From a virus (Duplodnaviria > Caudoviricetes): DNA of 63,106 bases. The stretch covers positions 1-63,106 of IMG/VR virus record IMGVR_UViG_3300024520_000071; one strand, 5' to 3'. The notes under the pieces are model-generated. The model did not search any database. It was given only the letters and a program-made list of their open reading frames with translations, and was not told the origin of the DNA. Shown here piece by piece: positions 8,056 through 16,677 of this stretch (position 1 is its first letter; each line of letters opens with the position of its first letter). The translations under genes were made by a program, and so were the position numbers.

Positions 8056-8378
8056 TGCTGACGTTGATCTGGATGATTGATGCACCTCACCTCATGCATC
8101 TTGACGGTGCCCGGGCAGAACTCGCATTTTGCTACGACATCAGCATCCGGGGATTCCTCGGCCGGCCCATGATCCATGTAGTCCTTGACGAGCTCCCGGA
8201 TCTGGTCCTTGAGATCGGTGTAGCAACCCTTGCACAAATGCTGTTGCCAGACGGCGTTGGCCTCTGTGTCGATGAATTCCTGGCTTTGTCCCCCTGTGTT
8301 GATGCACACAAAGTTTTCCGGCCAGATGTCGTGTAGCGTGGTCTTCATGTCGCACTTGTTGCATTCGAGCGTGATCAT
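8037..8378 (-). CDS. CxxC hypothetical protein
   Basis: CNKC, LCKGC, CEFC. Confidence 0.65.
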   Translation of the reverse strand: MITLECNKCDMKTTLHDIWPENFVCINTGGQSQEFIDTEANAVWQQHLCKGCYTDLKDQIRELVKDYMDHGPAEESPDADVVAKCEFCPGTVKMHEVRCINHPDQRQQWRRSC

Positions 8379-8605
8379 GGCAGATCCACATCCAGTTCAG
8401 ACAACGCCTGAACGACCATGTCTTCCATAGTCCAGGATCCGAATTCCGTGGAGAGTCCCGTGAGCTTCCGGAAGTTTTTGACGCAATCGATGCGCTTCTC
8501 GTAGCCTTCGCTTGATGCTCCGATGATGTTTCTGGTCCTGGGCTCTCTCAGGCGCCACCGGCATTCCCCGACGTTGTCGGCGTAAATCTCGAGGGTGTAG
8601 TTCAT
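8375..8605 (-). CDS. DUF1508/YegP-like protein
   Basis: EIYAD..GECRWRL....NIIGASSEGYEKRIDC matches the DUF1508 consensus. Confidence 0.85.
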   Translation of the reverse strand: MNYTLEIYADNVGECRWRLREPRTRNIIGASSEGYEKRIDCVKNFRKLTGLSTEFGSWTMEDMVVQALSELDVDLP

Positions 8606-9264
8606 GATTCTTTGGTCTCCGTTGGCAGTGGTAGGTTGATGTCGAGTTTTTCCCAGGTTGTCCCTGTTTCGTTGATAGTGAAATGGAGGTTCGCGACCGG
8701 CCTTTTTGTGGATTTGATCGCTTCGTTGTACGACAGGACGGGCAGGAGCGGGATGACTGCGACGTCACCGCCGAGACAGCACTTGCTAAGGCTCGCCCTA
8801 AGTGCATCTTCGAGTCGTTGGTCTGTGATCTTGTATTTCCGGTCATGGCTGTACCATGCCGCGGTTTCCTCGCCGCCCTCGACGTGGAATCCCCATCCTT
8901 TCATGAGGCGCGGCACCTTGCACTGGGCCAGCTCGACTTCGATGAAGTGATCGGAGACCTCGAAGGACCAGTACTTCGACTTGTCGATTACGAGCGTATC
9001 CCGCATCGCGGTCTCGTACGCTTCCTTGGCATCCCGCAGCCGTGTCTCGTACGCTTCCTTGGCATCCCGCAGCCGTGAACCAGTAAATCCGAAGCACCCT
9101 ATGTACTCCCTGGCCTTCCCGAGCAGATTCGTCATAGATTCCAGCCGCAATGCGGCCTCGGCCATCAAAGCGGACGTGGTTTGCGGATGGTCACCGCTGC
9201 CAGCTTCTTCGATCAGTTGAGTTGTGAGCTCTGAACTCGACATTCCTGTTAAGCATGATGCCAT
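8602..9264 (-). CDS. Hypothetical protein with 11-aa tandem duplication
   Basis: GGAGG RBS; RLRDAKEAYET x2. Confidence 0.7.
   Translation of the reverse strand: MASCLTGMSSSELTTQLIEEAGSGDHPQTTSALMAEAALRLESMTNLLGKAREYIGCFGFTGSRLRDAKEAYETRLRDAKEAYETAMRDTLVIDKSKYWSFEVSDHFIEVELAQCKVPRLMKGWGFHVEGGEETAAWYSHDRKYKITDQRLEDALRASLSKCCLGGDVAVIPLLPVLSYNEAIKSTKRPVANLHFTINETGTTWEKLDINLPLPTETKES
9011..9076. repeat. Perfect 33-bp tandem duplication
   Basis: gtctcgtacgcttccttggcatcccgcagccgt x2, in frame. Confidence 0.95.
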
Positions 9265-9321
9265 AGTTTCCTCCCTTTTCTGTTTGACGTTTGGTGAAAG
9301 TGTGGTATCGGTATGGTTGCT

Positions 9322-9393
9322 GCTGGCGCGTAGCTGGCAACCACAGGTTCGGTTGGCCTCCCTGGCTTTGATCCTGTCCAGCTACGCGCTGGT
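9322..9393 (+). ncRNA. Long hairpin RNA candidate
   Basis: 16-bp basal stem (9322-9337/9378-9393, 3 G-U pairs), CAACC bulge, inner ACAGG/CCTGT stem. Confidence 0.5.
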
Positions 9394-9398
9394 TATTT

Positions 9399-9472
9399 GT
9401 TGCGGGCGGGCAGGTGTTCGCCAGTGGTTCATATCCACAGGACGCTCGGCTCGGTACCGAGGCCCGCAACCA
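9399..9472 (+). ncRNA. Multibranch RNA candidate with T-loop-like hairpin
   Basis: Closing stem GTTGCGGGC/GCCCGCAAC; arm GGTGTTC/GGACGCT capped by GTGG-TTCATAT-CCAC; hairpin CTCG-GTAC-CGAG. Confidence 0.5.
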
Positions 9473-9524
9473 ACCCGTAGAAGCCGCCACCCTAATGGGT
9501 TTGGCGAGATTTCTGAAACTGAGA

Positions 9525-9595
9525 CTTCCGTATTGTGTTTGACCACGGTACGGAGGCAAGGCGTATCAGGCTGGGTTCAAATCCCTGGCGGGAAC
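9525..9595 (+). tRNA. Degenerate tRNA-like element (GCA at anticodon position)
   Basis: Acceptor 6/7 pairs with C1-A72 mismatch, D stem TGTG/CACG, anticodon stem TACG/CGTA, T loop GGG-TTCAAAT-CCC; non-canonical loops. Confidence 0.45.
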
Positions 9596-9600
9596 ATTTT

Positions 9601-9671
9601 ACCTCGGTGGTGTAATGGTAGCACATTGCGCTGTTAACGCTTTTGTGTAGGTTCGAATCCTGCCCGGGGTG
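9601..9671 (+). tRNA. tRNA-Asn(GTT)
   Basis: ACCTCGG/CCGGGGT acceptor, G73, TGGTGTAATGGTAGCAC D arm, loop CTGTTAA, GTAGG-TTCGAAT-CCTGC; anticodon stem has two U-U mismatches. Confidence 0.85.
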
Positions 9672-9673
9672 CT

Positions 9674-9850
9674 TCATCGTCCCCTGCCTGCTTCTTCGTC
9701 CATTTCGAATTGCAGCTGTTCTGGCCGCGTCCTCTGCACCTTCTTCGCTCTGGTACACATCTCGTCGCAAGTGTCGGCGTTGCCGGATCGCTTGAACGAG
9801 AAGTACCGCATCTGACAGACGACGCAGCATTTTGTGGCCTTACGCTTCAT
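9674..9850 (-). CDS. Small Cys-rich protein (58 aa)
   Basis: MKRKATKCCVVCQ..TCDEMC; GAGG RBS; below ORF-track cut-off. Confidence 0.6.
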   Translation of the reverse strand: MKRKATKCCVVCQMRYFSFKRSGNADTCDEMCTRAKKVQRTRPEQLQFEMDEEAGRGR

Positions 9851-10154
9851 TGGCCTCTTCCTCCGCTTTGACCCTCTGGCGTTCCTTGTATTCCGCGGCC
9901 TCGCGCTGCCCTTCCAGCCGGAGCTCGTGCATCAGCTGGCGATCGTTCGCTTCGACGATCCGGCGCAAGATCAGGTCTGCCTCGATCCTGGGCGCGCGTT
10001 CCGCTTCCTTCTTTGCCGCCGCGGCCCGGCGCGCTACCGCGGCATCCTTCGCTTTCTGCGCCCGCTTGCGTTTGCTGTGGCCGCGCGGGTACTTCACCTT
10101 CTTGACGTCTGATACATACAGCGTCATCGTGTCAGAGATTTTCTTCTTCTTCAT
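9840..10154 (-). CDS. Basic helical protein
   Basis: AAGGAG RBS; K/R/A-rich. Confidence 0.6.
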   Translation of the reverse strand: MKKKKISDTMTLYVSDVKKVKYPRGHSKRKRAQKAKDAAVARRAAAAKKEAERAPRIEADLILRRIVEANDRQLMHELRLEGQREAAEYKERQRVKAEEEANEA

Positions 10155-10449
10155 CTTTACTCCTTTGGCGGTTCGCTTCTTCAAAACCCAGGATGATCCT
10201 GGCCTCTTCGTCCTCTTCCCGTGCAAACTCGTACTTGTGGGCTGTCGGCCCCAAGAGCCTCGATCCCAGCGGCTTCACCCACAGGAATTCACCGTCGCAC
10301 GTAAAGCCGTAGAGATGCGTTGTCGTCCTCGCGACGTGGCACATGTAGGACTCAGACACGATCCAGTCTATCGGCTCGTCGCTGCCAATGAATAATCGCG
10401 CGCGTACGATGTGCGACTCATCCCATCTCGTCCCTCTGTATACGCTCAT
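10132..10449 (-). CDS. Hypothetical protein
   Basis: Packed ORF. Confidence 0.6.
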   Translation of the reverse strand: MSVYRGTRWDESHIVRARLFIGSDEPIDWIVSESYMCHVARTTTHLYGFTCDGEFLWVKPLGSRLLGPTAHKYEFAREEDEEARIILGFEEANRQRSKDEEEENL

Positions 10450-10754
10450 TGCGGCGTCCTCATCTGTTCGAGCAGCTCGGATCCCATCTTCTGAATCCGA
10501 TAGAATTCCTCTGATCCCATATCGCTTTCCCGGACCCTCTTCAAGATCATCGTGACCACTTGGATCGGGATGTCATAGATGTCCGCCATGATCTCTTTCT
10601 GCGCTTCCAGCACTGCGATATCCGGAAGCTCCGGGCAGTCTTCGATCTCCCGCTTCACAACGTGCTTTTTTATTTTCTTGATAATTGCGATATCCAGGAC
10701 CAGATATGACCCGGCATGATCCTCTTCGATTAAGAACTGGCGCTTGCTGATCAT
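10446..10754 (-). CDS. Hypothetical protein
   Basis: ATGA overlaps. Confidence 0.6.
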   Translation of the reverse strand: MISKRQFLIEEDHAGSYLVLDIAIIKKIKKHVVKREIEDCPELPDIAVLEAQKEIMADIYDIPIQVVTMILKRVRESDMGSEEFYRIQKMGSELLEQMRTPQ

Positions 10755-11131
10755 TTCCCCACCATCGCCGCATCATAAGCGGTACTCTGGGTGATCGCCG
10801 CCTTTCCGGCGCCCATGGCGACCTCGTGCGACAGTCGTAGATCCTTGATGTGCTCGTTCTTTGCGTCGACGATACCCTTGGTGTCCACGAAGTCCCGCGG
10901 TCTCAGGCCGCCGGCCCAGAGGTCGTCCATGATCCGCTGCATCCGCTCTTCCGCAAGGAGGATGTCGCACCCCCTCGACACTTCGCTCCGCCCGCCCGTG
11001 GAACTGTAAGCGTCCATGGTAATAGCTACGCATTCGTGCGTGACGCGGTCATCTTCATCTGCGCTGACGACGGACATCACCCATCCCAGCCGATACTCAT
11101 CTTTGTGTAGCCGGATTGTCATGTGGCTCAT
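10751..11131 (-). CDS. Hypothetical phage protein
   Basis: Q.IMDDLWAGGLRP....A...HIKDLR is a recurrent phage motif. Confidence 0.7.
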   Translation of the reverse strand: MSHMTIRLHKDEYRLGWVMSVVSADEDDRVTHECVAITMDAYSSTGGRSEVSRGCDILLAEERMQRIMDDLWAGGLRPRDFVDTKGIVDAKNEHIKDLRLSHEVAMGAGKAAITQSTAYDAAMVGK

Positions 11132-11183
11132 GATTGACCTATTGGATTGTGGTTGTACTTTGCATGAACCCAGGAAGGATCCG

Positions 11184-11474
11184 ATGACGAAAATGGAAGC
11201 TATCCAGCAATGGCTCGAAGAACACGAAGAGACAGCACTGACCGCGGACGGCTTTGATGATGCGGTGATTGGAATTGTCGGTGGTCATGTCGGCCGGCCG
11301 TATCGCGTGGTCTACGACTACGAGAAGTGCGTGCAGGTCTTGATGTCCCGCGACGAGATGTCAGAAGAAGACGCATTCGATCACATGGAGTTCAATGTTG
11401 TGGATGCGTACGCTGGTCCTGAGACGCCGGAGTTCCTGGCGTCGGCAGAAGCGATTCTGGAACAGGCGTCTTAG
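11184..11474 (+). CDS. Conserved acidic phage protein
   Basis: ADGFDDAVIG..VVYDYEK..MSEEDA..MEFNV..AY.G..TP pattern common in aquatic phages. Confidence 0.8.
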   Translation: MTKMEAIQQWLEEHEETALTADGFDDAVIGIVGGHVGRPYRVVYDYEKCVQVLMSRDEMSEEDAFDHMEFNVVDAYAGPETPEFLASAEAILEQAS

Positions 11475-11958
11475 CCGCGTCGAACTGAACAAACTCCAAT
11501 CGATCGACCGGACAGAAGTAGCACTCCTGGCTCCGGCCGTGGAATGTCTTTGCCTCTACGGTCCAGTATGAGCGCGTGGTATGGCAGTTGACGACCGCGA
11601 CCGTGGTCAGCGTCGTGTTCCAGATGAAGTAGTAGAACGGCTTCGGGAACTTTTTGTCGTGCGTGTGCTTGATGTCGACCATGATCGTGCGATACGGGAA
11701 GTCCCGGGCACAGCTGAACTGAATGTTCTGGCGCCCCTTGCTCTCGACCATCACGCTCACCTCGACGGGCATGGTCATCCGGATATCGCCAGCGTCGGCG
11801 TACTGCGCGCGCACAGACGGATCCGGGCGGACCACCGTGGGCATGACCCTGGATTGCAGTCCGAGCGTGTGCTCGAGAAATTCACCGGTTCGGTGTGCTG
11901 CGTGTACGGACCCTTCCAGATCCGCGACAAACGTGGGATCGATTTCGTCAAGATTCAT
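11392..11958 (-). CDS. Putative PD-(D/E)XK nuclease
   Basis: DAGDI...VESKGR..F....DFPY..IMVD motif. Confidence 0.6.
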   Translation of the reverse strand: MNLDEIDPTFVADLEGSVHAAHRTGEFLEHTLGLQSRVMPTVVRPDPSVRAQYADAGDIRMTMPVEVSVMVESKGRQNIQFSCARDFPYRTIMVDIKHTHDKKFPKPFYYFIWNTTLTTVAVVNCHTTRSYWTVEAKTFHGRSQECYFCPVDRLEFVQFDAAKTPVPESLLPTPGTPASQDQRTHPQH

Positions 11959-12326
11959 GCTCTTACCTCGATTTGTATTTCTGTTGCTTCCCCGTGGACT
12001 TCTTGGATGTACTCGAAGGTAATCCCATCTTTTTCTGAATCGCCTTTGAGCCCGAACGCGGCAGCGACAGCATCGCGTAGCTCTTTACAGCCCCCTGAAA
12101 AATTGTCATCGTCGAGGATGGATCTTTGATCACGCACGCGCCGTATAATTTTAACATGCAGCGGGCCAGGAAGATCGACCATGCCATTCGCGTCTTCGCC
12201 TTTTCCGCCCAGTGCAGCACGTTTGCCTCGTTTCTGCTCAAGACGTCGCAGGGCAGCACGAGAGTCAACACCAAGTTTTTCCTCGGCTTGCTTTCGGTAG
12301 TTTTCGGGGAGGTCTTCAAGTCGCAT
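11955..12326 (-). CDS. rusA: RusA-like Holliday junction resolvase (catalytic frame)
   Basis: LDDDNF..GCKELRDAV...GLKGDS matches the DxDNxxKxxxD RusA core. Confidence 0.65.
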   Translation of the reverse strand: MRLEDLPENYRKQAEEKLGVDSRAALRRLEQKRGKRAALGGKGEDANGMVDLPGPLHVKIIRRVRDQRSILDDDNFSGGCKELRDAVAAAFGLKGDSEKDGITFEYIQEVHGEATEIQIEVRA

Positions 12327-12681
12327 CTTCCTTCTCGGGCAGTTTCAGATCCAGTCTATTCATGGTATGCTCGATACCTTGGAGGAAGTCAAGTGCGGTC
12401 GTGTCATCGCCGCACAGCGAGGCTCCATGGACCATCGCGCCAAGTACCGCCTTATACACGAGTGTCGACACAATCCACCCTTCCAGGACTTCCGAGGTCC
12501 AGGAGCGGTCCTCAAGCATCGCGAGAATCTTCTCGAACTGCACCATTATCCGCTTCGAATCGAGCTTGGAAATATCAATCCCGATGTCGTTTTCTTTTTC
12601 CGTCGCCATCACCATCACCAACCTCTCTATCGCAGCAACTTTTCGCGCGCTTTGCGCTGGCCGCGGGTTTCTTCGTTCCAT
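12316..12681 (-). CDS. Hypothetical protein
   Basis: Packed ORF; start uncertain. Confidence 0.55.
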   Translation of the reverse strand: MERRNPRPAQSARKVAAIERLVMVMATEKENDIGIDISKLDSKRIMVQFEKILAMLEDRSWTSEVLEGWIVSTLVYKAVLGAMVHGASLCGDDTTALDFLQGIEHTMNRLDLKLPEKEDAT

Positions 12682-13319
12682 CTCACCTCGGCGAATGCGA
12701 TGCCGAACCGAATGCCGTGTTTGATCTTGCACTTGTGTCCACGAAATTTCTTGAACTTCGCCCACCACAATTCTTTCATGTCCTCCGAGCTATGCCACCC
12801 CGGCAGGCGCCACATGACGATCCAGGACTTGTGGCCGCGGGAATTAACCGCCGGCACCCGGCCGCACCGGTATCCGTGCGTGACTGTCCATTCGAAGTGA
12901 CTCGTCGTGAGACCGCCTTTCTGACTGCTTACGCCGCCGCCGTCGCACCGTACGATCACTGCCTTCCATCCGCAGCTGACAGCCCAGATCCGCGCCGCCT
13001 CTTTCGTCTTCCGGACGGCCTCGGCCATCTTTAACGTCACGAGCCGGTTGGGATACCCCAGTTGCGCCGCCTCCATCCGCTTCCATGCTGTCGGGAAGAA
13101 CTGGCGCATCGGCACGTAGTAGGTCACGCCCGGGATCATCCGTGTCCCGAAATCGCTGTCGCGCAGGATGGGGACGAGCTCTTTGCTCTCGTTCAGGAAG
13201 AGCATGCCGAACGTCAGCTTTTTTCCCATCGTGCCCTTACATGCATAGTAGGGACGACCCTGGTACATGATCAGGTCATCTGACTGAGGACCGCTTCGAG
13301 TTTCGCCGACAGGCTTCAT
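12627..13319 (-). CDS. Basic hypothetical protein
   Basis: ATGA overlap; GGAG RBS. Confidence 0.6.
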   Translation of the reverse strand: MKPVGETRSGPQSDDLIMYQGRPYYACKGTMGKKLTFGMLFLNESKELVPILRDSDFGTRMIPGVTYYVPMRQFFPTAWKRMEAAQLGYPNRLVTLKMAEAVRKTKEAARIWAVSCGWKAVIVRCDGGGVSSQKGGLTTSHFEWTVTHGYRCGRVPAVNSRGHKSWIVMWRLPGWHSSEDMKELWWAKFKKFRGHKCKIKHGIRFGIAFAEVRWNEETRGQRKAREKLLR

Positions 13320-13510
13320 AGGGCAGCGCCCTCCGCACATAAAATGCACCTGACCGGCAGAGTCTCGGTGTCTGCGGCCTGGCCCTGACACTTGACGCAC
13401 ACTGGCAGGTTGTTGCCGCAGCAGGAGCACTGATACGCATCGAGGTCTTCGAGCGAAAGATTCATCAAATCGCTCTCTTCGCCGCAGTCGTCGCAGAAAG
13501 ACGTCATCAC
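13316..13510 (-). CDS. Small Cys-rich protein
   Basis: Four CxxC-type motifs. Confidence 0.6.
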   Translation of the reverse strand: MMTSFCDDCGEESDLMNLSLEDLDAYQCSCCGNNLPVCVKCQGQAADTETLPVRCILCAEGAAL

Positions 13511-13734
13511 TCACCTCTGTATTTTGTATGAATTGCAATTACGATCGCGCTCAGAACCAATCCCAGTATAATTGCAAGGAAGACGAGCTTGAACCCCAGG
13601 AATGCGTCTGCCCCGGTAAACGCAAAAACCCCGTCTAAGCAGATCCCGCCCCGGTGAACCATGACCCCCGCGGTGGCGGTAGAAATGGAAAAGACAGGAT
13701 CTGCTTGGAAAGGGTTTTTGATAGACAATTGCAT
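13507..13734 (-). CDS. Small membrane protein
   Basis: Hydrophobic LVFLAIILGLVLSAIVIAI. Confidence 0.55.
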   Translation of the reverse strand: MQLSIKNPFQADPVFSISTATAGVMVHRGGICLDGVFAFTGADAFLGFKLVFLAIILGLVLSAIVIAIHTKYRGE

Positions 13735-13891
13735 GGTTCACCTATAGTCAATAGACAAGTGCCAGTTTATTTTTCAATATACAAAAAATGTTTTTCACTG
13801 TACAATTTTTGTACACCTACCTCTTGCAATTGTCGGATACGAGCCCCAATATTACGCAACGGCCCCAATTTCGACAACGAAAAGGTGATCA
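13735..13891. promoter_or_regulatory. AT-rich divergent control region
   Basis: AT-rich gap between the leftward block and the rightward structural operon; exact promoter boxes not resolved. Confidence 0.55.
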
Positions 13892-15916
13892 GTGCCGATT
13901 GCAATCAATCAATCTCCTGGCGAATCGAGCCGGAGCGGCGGCGCGGGCGGAATAGTATCCTCCGGCGCTCGTACGCAGTTGAAAGGAATGGATCGGCTGG
14001 CGGAAACGCGCGAAACAGCGGCGAATAAAGTCCTGTCGACAGCATTCCCGGGGAATTTATCGGCTTTCTTGAAGCGAAAGTGGAATAATGCCCACAGCGC
14101 GAAAGAGCCGATGGAGCAGGAACTCTTCAAATCCCAGCGCCAGCGCAACGCTGAGTATGAGCCGGGACTGCTCGGGATCGTCAAGGAAGTTGGCGGATCC
14201 GAAGACTACATGCCCATTACCGCCGACAAGTGCCGCGCCTTGCTCGCTTGGATCGTCGATGTTCTGCTTACGACCGGCGAACGCCCATGGTCACTGAGGC
14301 ACACACCGGTCCCGGATCTGCCGCAGGAGGCCATCCAGGCCATTCAGGAAGAGGTCGTCAACCTAGTGATGACCGGACAGCTGCCGGAAGAGGCCGCGTT
14401 CGAGGCTTCCGCGTTATATGCCGATTATCTGAAAGATCAGTCTGTTCGAGAAGCAGCAGAACGCGCGAAGAAGATGGAAACTCAGATCGAGGATAACTTG
14501 GTCGAAAGCAACTTCGACGAGGAATTCCGGGCATTTCTCGATGATTTCGTCACATTCCCGACTGCGATCTTGGCGGGGCCATTCATCCGGCCGAAGAAAG
14601 TGACGAAGTGGGAAGGCGGCAAACTATCGATCCAGACCGACCTCCGGCTGATGTTCGAGCGCGTGAGCCCCTTCGACATATACCCGGGCCCGACGATGCG
14701 CCATCTGAACGAAGGCTACTTTTTCCACAAAGAGACCGCGGATCGCCAGTATCTCTACGAATTGAGACCCCTCCCGGGTTTCAATACGACGATGATCGAC
14801 TATGTCCTGGCCCAGCCCAACACGGGCTCGCTCAGTACGGGCGTCGATGAGCAGGAGCGTAACGACCTTGAGGATCGACCGCAGCAGCAAATCTTCGAGA
14901 ATGAGGACAGCCAGGTCACCATTTACAAGTATTGGGGCCAAGCCCGGGGACGCGATCTCGTTGAGTGGGGACGAAATGACTCCGAGATCGCAGACCCCGA
15001 GAAAATGTACGAAATCGAGGCGTGGATGGTCAACGACATCATCATCCGCGCGGTGCTCAACCCACATCCGCTGGGGATCCGCCCGTACTACTCGTCCTCG
15101 TACGAAAAGAAGCCCGGGTCGTTCTGGGGATTCTCGGTGCCCGATCGTATGCGGAACATCCAGGACATCATCAACGCCGCGTGCCGAAGCCTCGTCAACA
15201 ACATGAGCATCACCGCGGGACCGCAGATCATCGTGAACAACGATGCCATCCCGTCCGGCCTCGATATCATGCATCATCAGGCATTCCGGGTCTGGCCATA
15301 CCAAGGCGGCTATGCCAGCAACCCCTCGGGCAAGCCCCCGATCGAATTTTACCAGCCACAGTCGACCGTCGAGAAATTGATGGGCGTCTTCCAGTACTTC
15401 CGCGAGCTCGCCGACGATGCCAGTGGCATTCCCCGATACGTTCACGGAAACTCCGAGATCGGCGGTGCCGGCTCGACTGCATCAGGATTGAGCATGTTGC
15501 TTGGTGCATCGGCCCGGGGCGTAAAGCTGGCGATCTACAACATCGACATCGACATCATCCACAAAATCGTCGATGCCTTGTTCACGTTTAACATGCTGTA
15601 CAACCCAGATAGCTCGATTAAGGGTGATGTGAATATCGTGTCTGCTGGTGCTTTGGCTCTTCTCAACCGGGATCAGCTGCAACAAGGTCGTCAGGAATTC
15701 TCCGATCGAACCAATAATGAGATGGATTCCCAGATCATCGACTTGGAAGGTCGCGCGGAGCTCTTGCGCCAAATTGCAGGACCGCTGGAATTGAATCCAG
15801 GGGTCATCCCAACGAGAGAAGAGTTGGCGGAAAGATTGATCCGGATGGCGGAAGCTGCCCGGGCCGAGGAAATCGCCGGAGATCAACAAACAACCAAAAA
15901 GGAAGGAGCGGCTTAA
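13892..15916 (+). CDS. Portal protein (podovirus type)
   Basis: 674 aa; ERVSPFDIYP, RPY..SYEKKPGSFWG.SVPD.M..IQDIINA, ADDASGIP, TASGLSML; first gene of head module. Confidence 0.9.
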   Translation: MPIAINQSPGESSRSGGAGGIVSSGARTQLKGMDRLAETRETAANKVLSTAFPGNLSAFLKRKWNNAHSAKEPMEQELFKSQRQRNAEYEPGLLGIVKEVGGSEDYMPITADKCRALLAWIVDVLLTTGERPWSLRHTPVPDLPQEAIQAIQEEVVNLVMTGQLPEEAAFEASALYADYLKDQSVREAAERAKKMETQIEDNLVESNFDEEFRAFLDDFVTFPTAILAGPFIRPKKVTKWEGGKLSIQTDLRLMFERVSPFDIYPGPTMRHLNEGYFFHKETADRQYLYELRPLPGFNTTMIDYVLAQPNTGSLSTGVDEQERNDLEDRPQQQIFENEDSQVTIYKYWGQARGRDLVEWGRNDSEIADPEKMYEIEAWMVNDIIIRAVLNPHPLGIRPYYSSSYEKKPGSFWGFSVPDRMRNIQDIINAACRSLVNNMSITAGPQIIVNNDAIPSGLDIMHHQAFRVWPYQGGYASNPSGKPPIEFYQPQSTVEKLMGVFQYFRELADDASGIPRYVHGNSEIGGAGSTASGLSMLLGASARGVKLAIYNIDIDIIHKIVDALFTFNMLYNPDSSIKGDVNIVSAGALALLNRDQLQQGRQEFSDRTNNEMDSQIIDLEGRAELLRQIAGPLELNPGVIPTREELAERLIRMAEAARAEEIAGDQQTTKKEGAA

Positions 15917-15918
15917 TC

Positions 15919-16677
15919 ATGAGTTTTTTCAAGAAAGGCAAACTGAGACTCAAGGAACTTTTCCTTGACGCTGGCGGATCGATCAAGGTGACACAGGGTT
16001 TCTGGCGCGACTGTCCGTTGTTCGCGAAGCCGGGCGATCTGATCCAGTACGACGACGACTTCATCAAGTACAACGACGAAGAGTGGACTGTCACATCCGA
16101 AAACAGTTCGGCGACTGCCCATGCCTCATCGCATGGCGGTGCCATCACTCTGACAACGGGTACGACCGACAACAATGCTCATGCGCAGAACCTCGGCGAC
16201 ACGAGTCTGACGCCGTTTATCGACATCCAGGCCGGCAAGAAAGCGTGGTTCCAGTGCAAAGTCACGGAGACCGCCCCAGTAACGGCCCTCAAGGCTGGTT
16301 GGTCGCTTGGCTTGATCACTGCCGCAACGCTCGACGTGCCTTTGCTGGATGCTGGCACTGGCGCCACGGCTGATCATGACGGTATCTACTTCTGCAAGTT
16401 CGAAGGTGGTACGACCGTCACTGGCCGAACCTCCGATGAGACGACGCAGGCGGAAAAAACCATGGGCGCTCATGCAGACGGCGGCAGTCAAACGCTGGGG
16501 TTCAAGTGGGATGGCGTCGGCGAAGTCGAATGGTTCACTGGCGACACGAGTTTCGGGAAGAGCACGTTGTCTCCGACCAGTCTTGACCCGATGACCGTCT
16601 TCGCAGCGGTGAAGACACACGCTGCCGAGGCTCAAGTCCTGACGATCGATCGCATCACCCTGATCGCCGAGCGATGA
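15919..16677 (+). CDS. Putative virion structural protein (beta-rich)
   Basis: DDF..Y...WTVT, GGAITLTTG; position after portal. Confidence 0.55.
   Translation: MSFFKKGKLRLKELFLDAGGSIKVTQGFWRDCPLFAKPGDLIQYDDDFIKYNDEEWTVTSENSSATAHASSHGGAITLTTGTTDNNAHAQNLGDTSLTPFIDIQAGKKAWFQCKVTETAPVTALKAGWSLGLITAATLDVPLLDAGTGATADHDGIYFCKFEGGTTVTGRTSDETTQAEKTMGAHADGGSQTLGFKWDGVGEVEWFTGDTSFGKSTLSPTSLDPMTVFAAVKTHAAEAQVLTIDRITLIAER

Noticed and set aside
9461-9505. HDV-like/theta ribozyme next to the tRNAs
   Set aside because: CTAATGGG resembles J4/2-P2, but I could not place P3, L3 and P1' by eye in the available space; needs a descriptor search
9224-9637. 137-aa plus-strand ORF and 122-aa minus-strand ORF over the RNA cassette
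   Set aside because: They overlap tRNA-Asn or neighbouring genes, have no RBS or recognisable motifs; the RNA structure explains the region better
6666-9670. tRNA 3' ends as attP site or inverted repeats of an invertible segment
   Set aside because: The shared 17 nt (aggttcgaatcctgccc) is the conserved T arm; no integrase or invertase recognised
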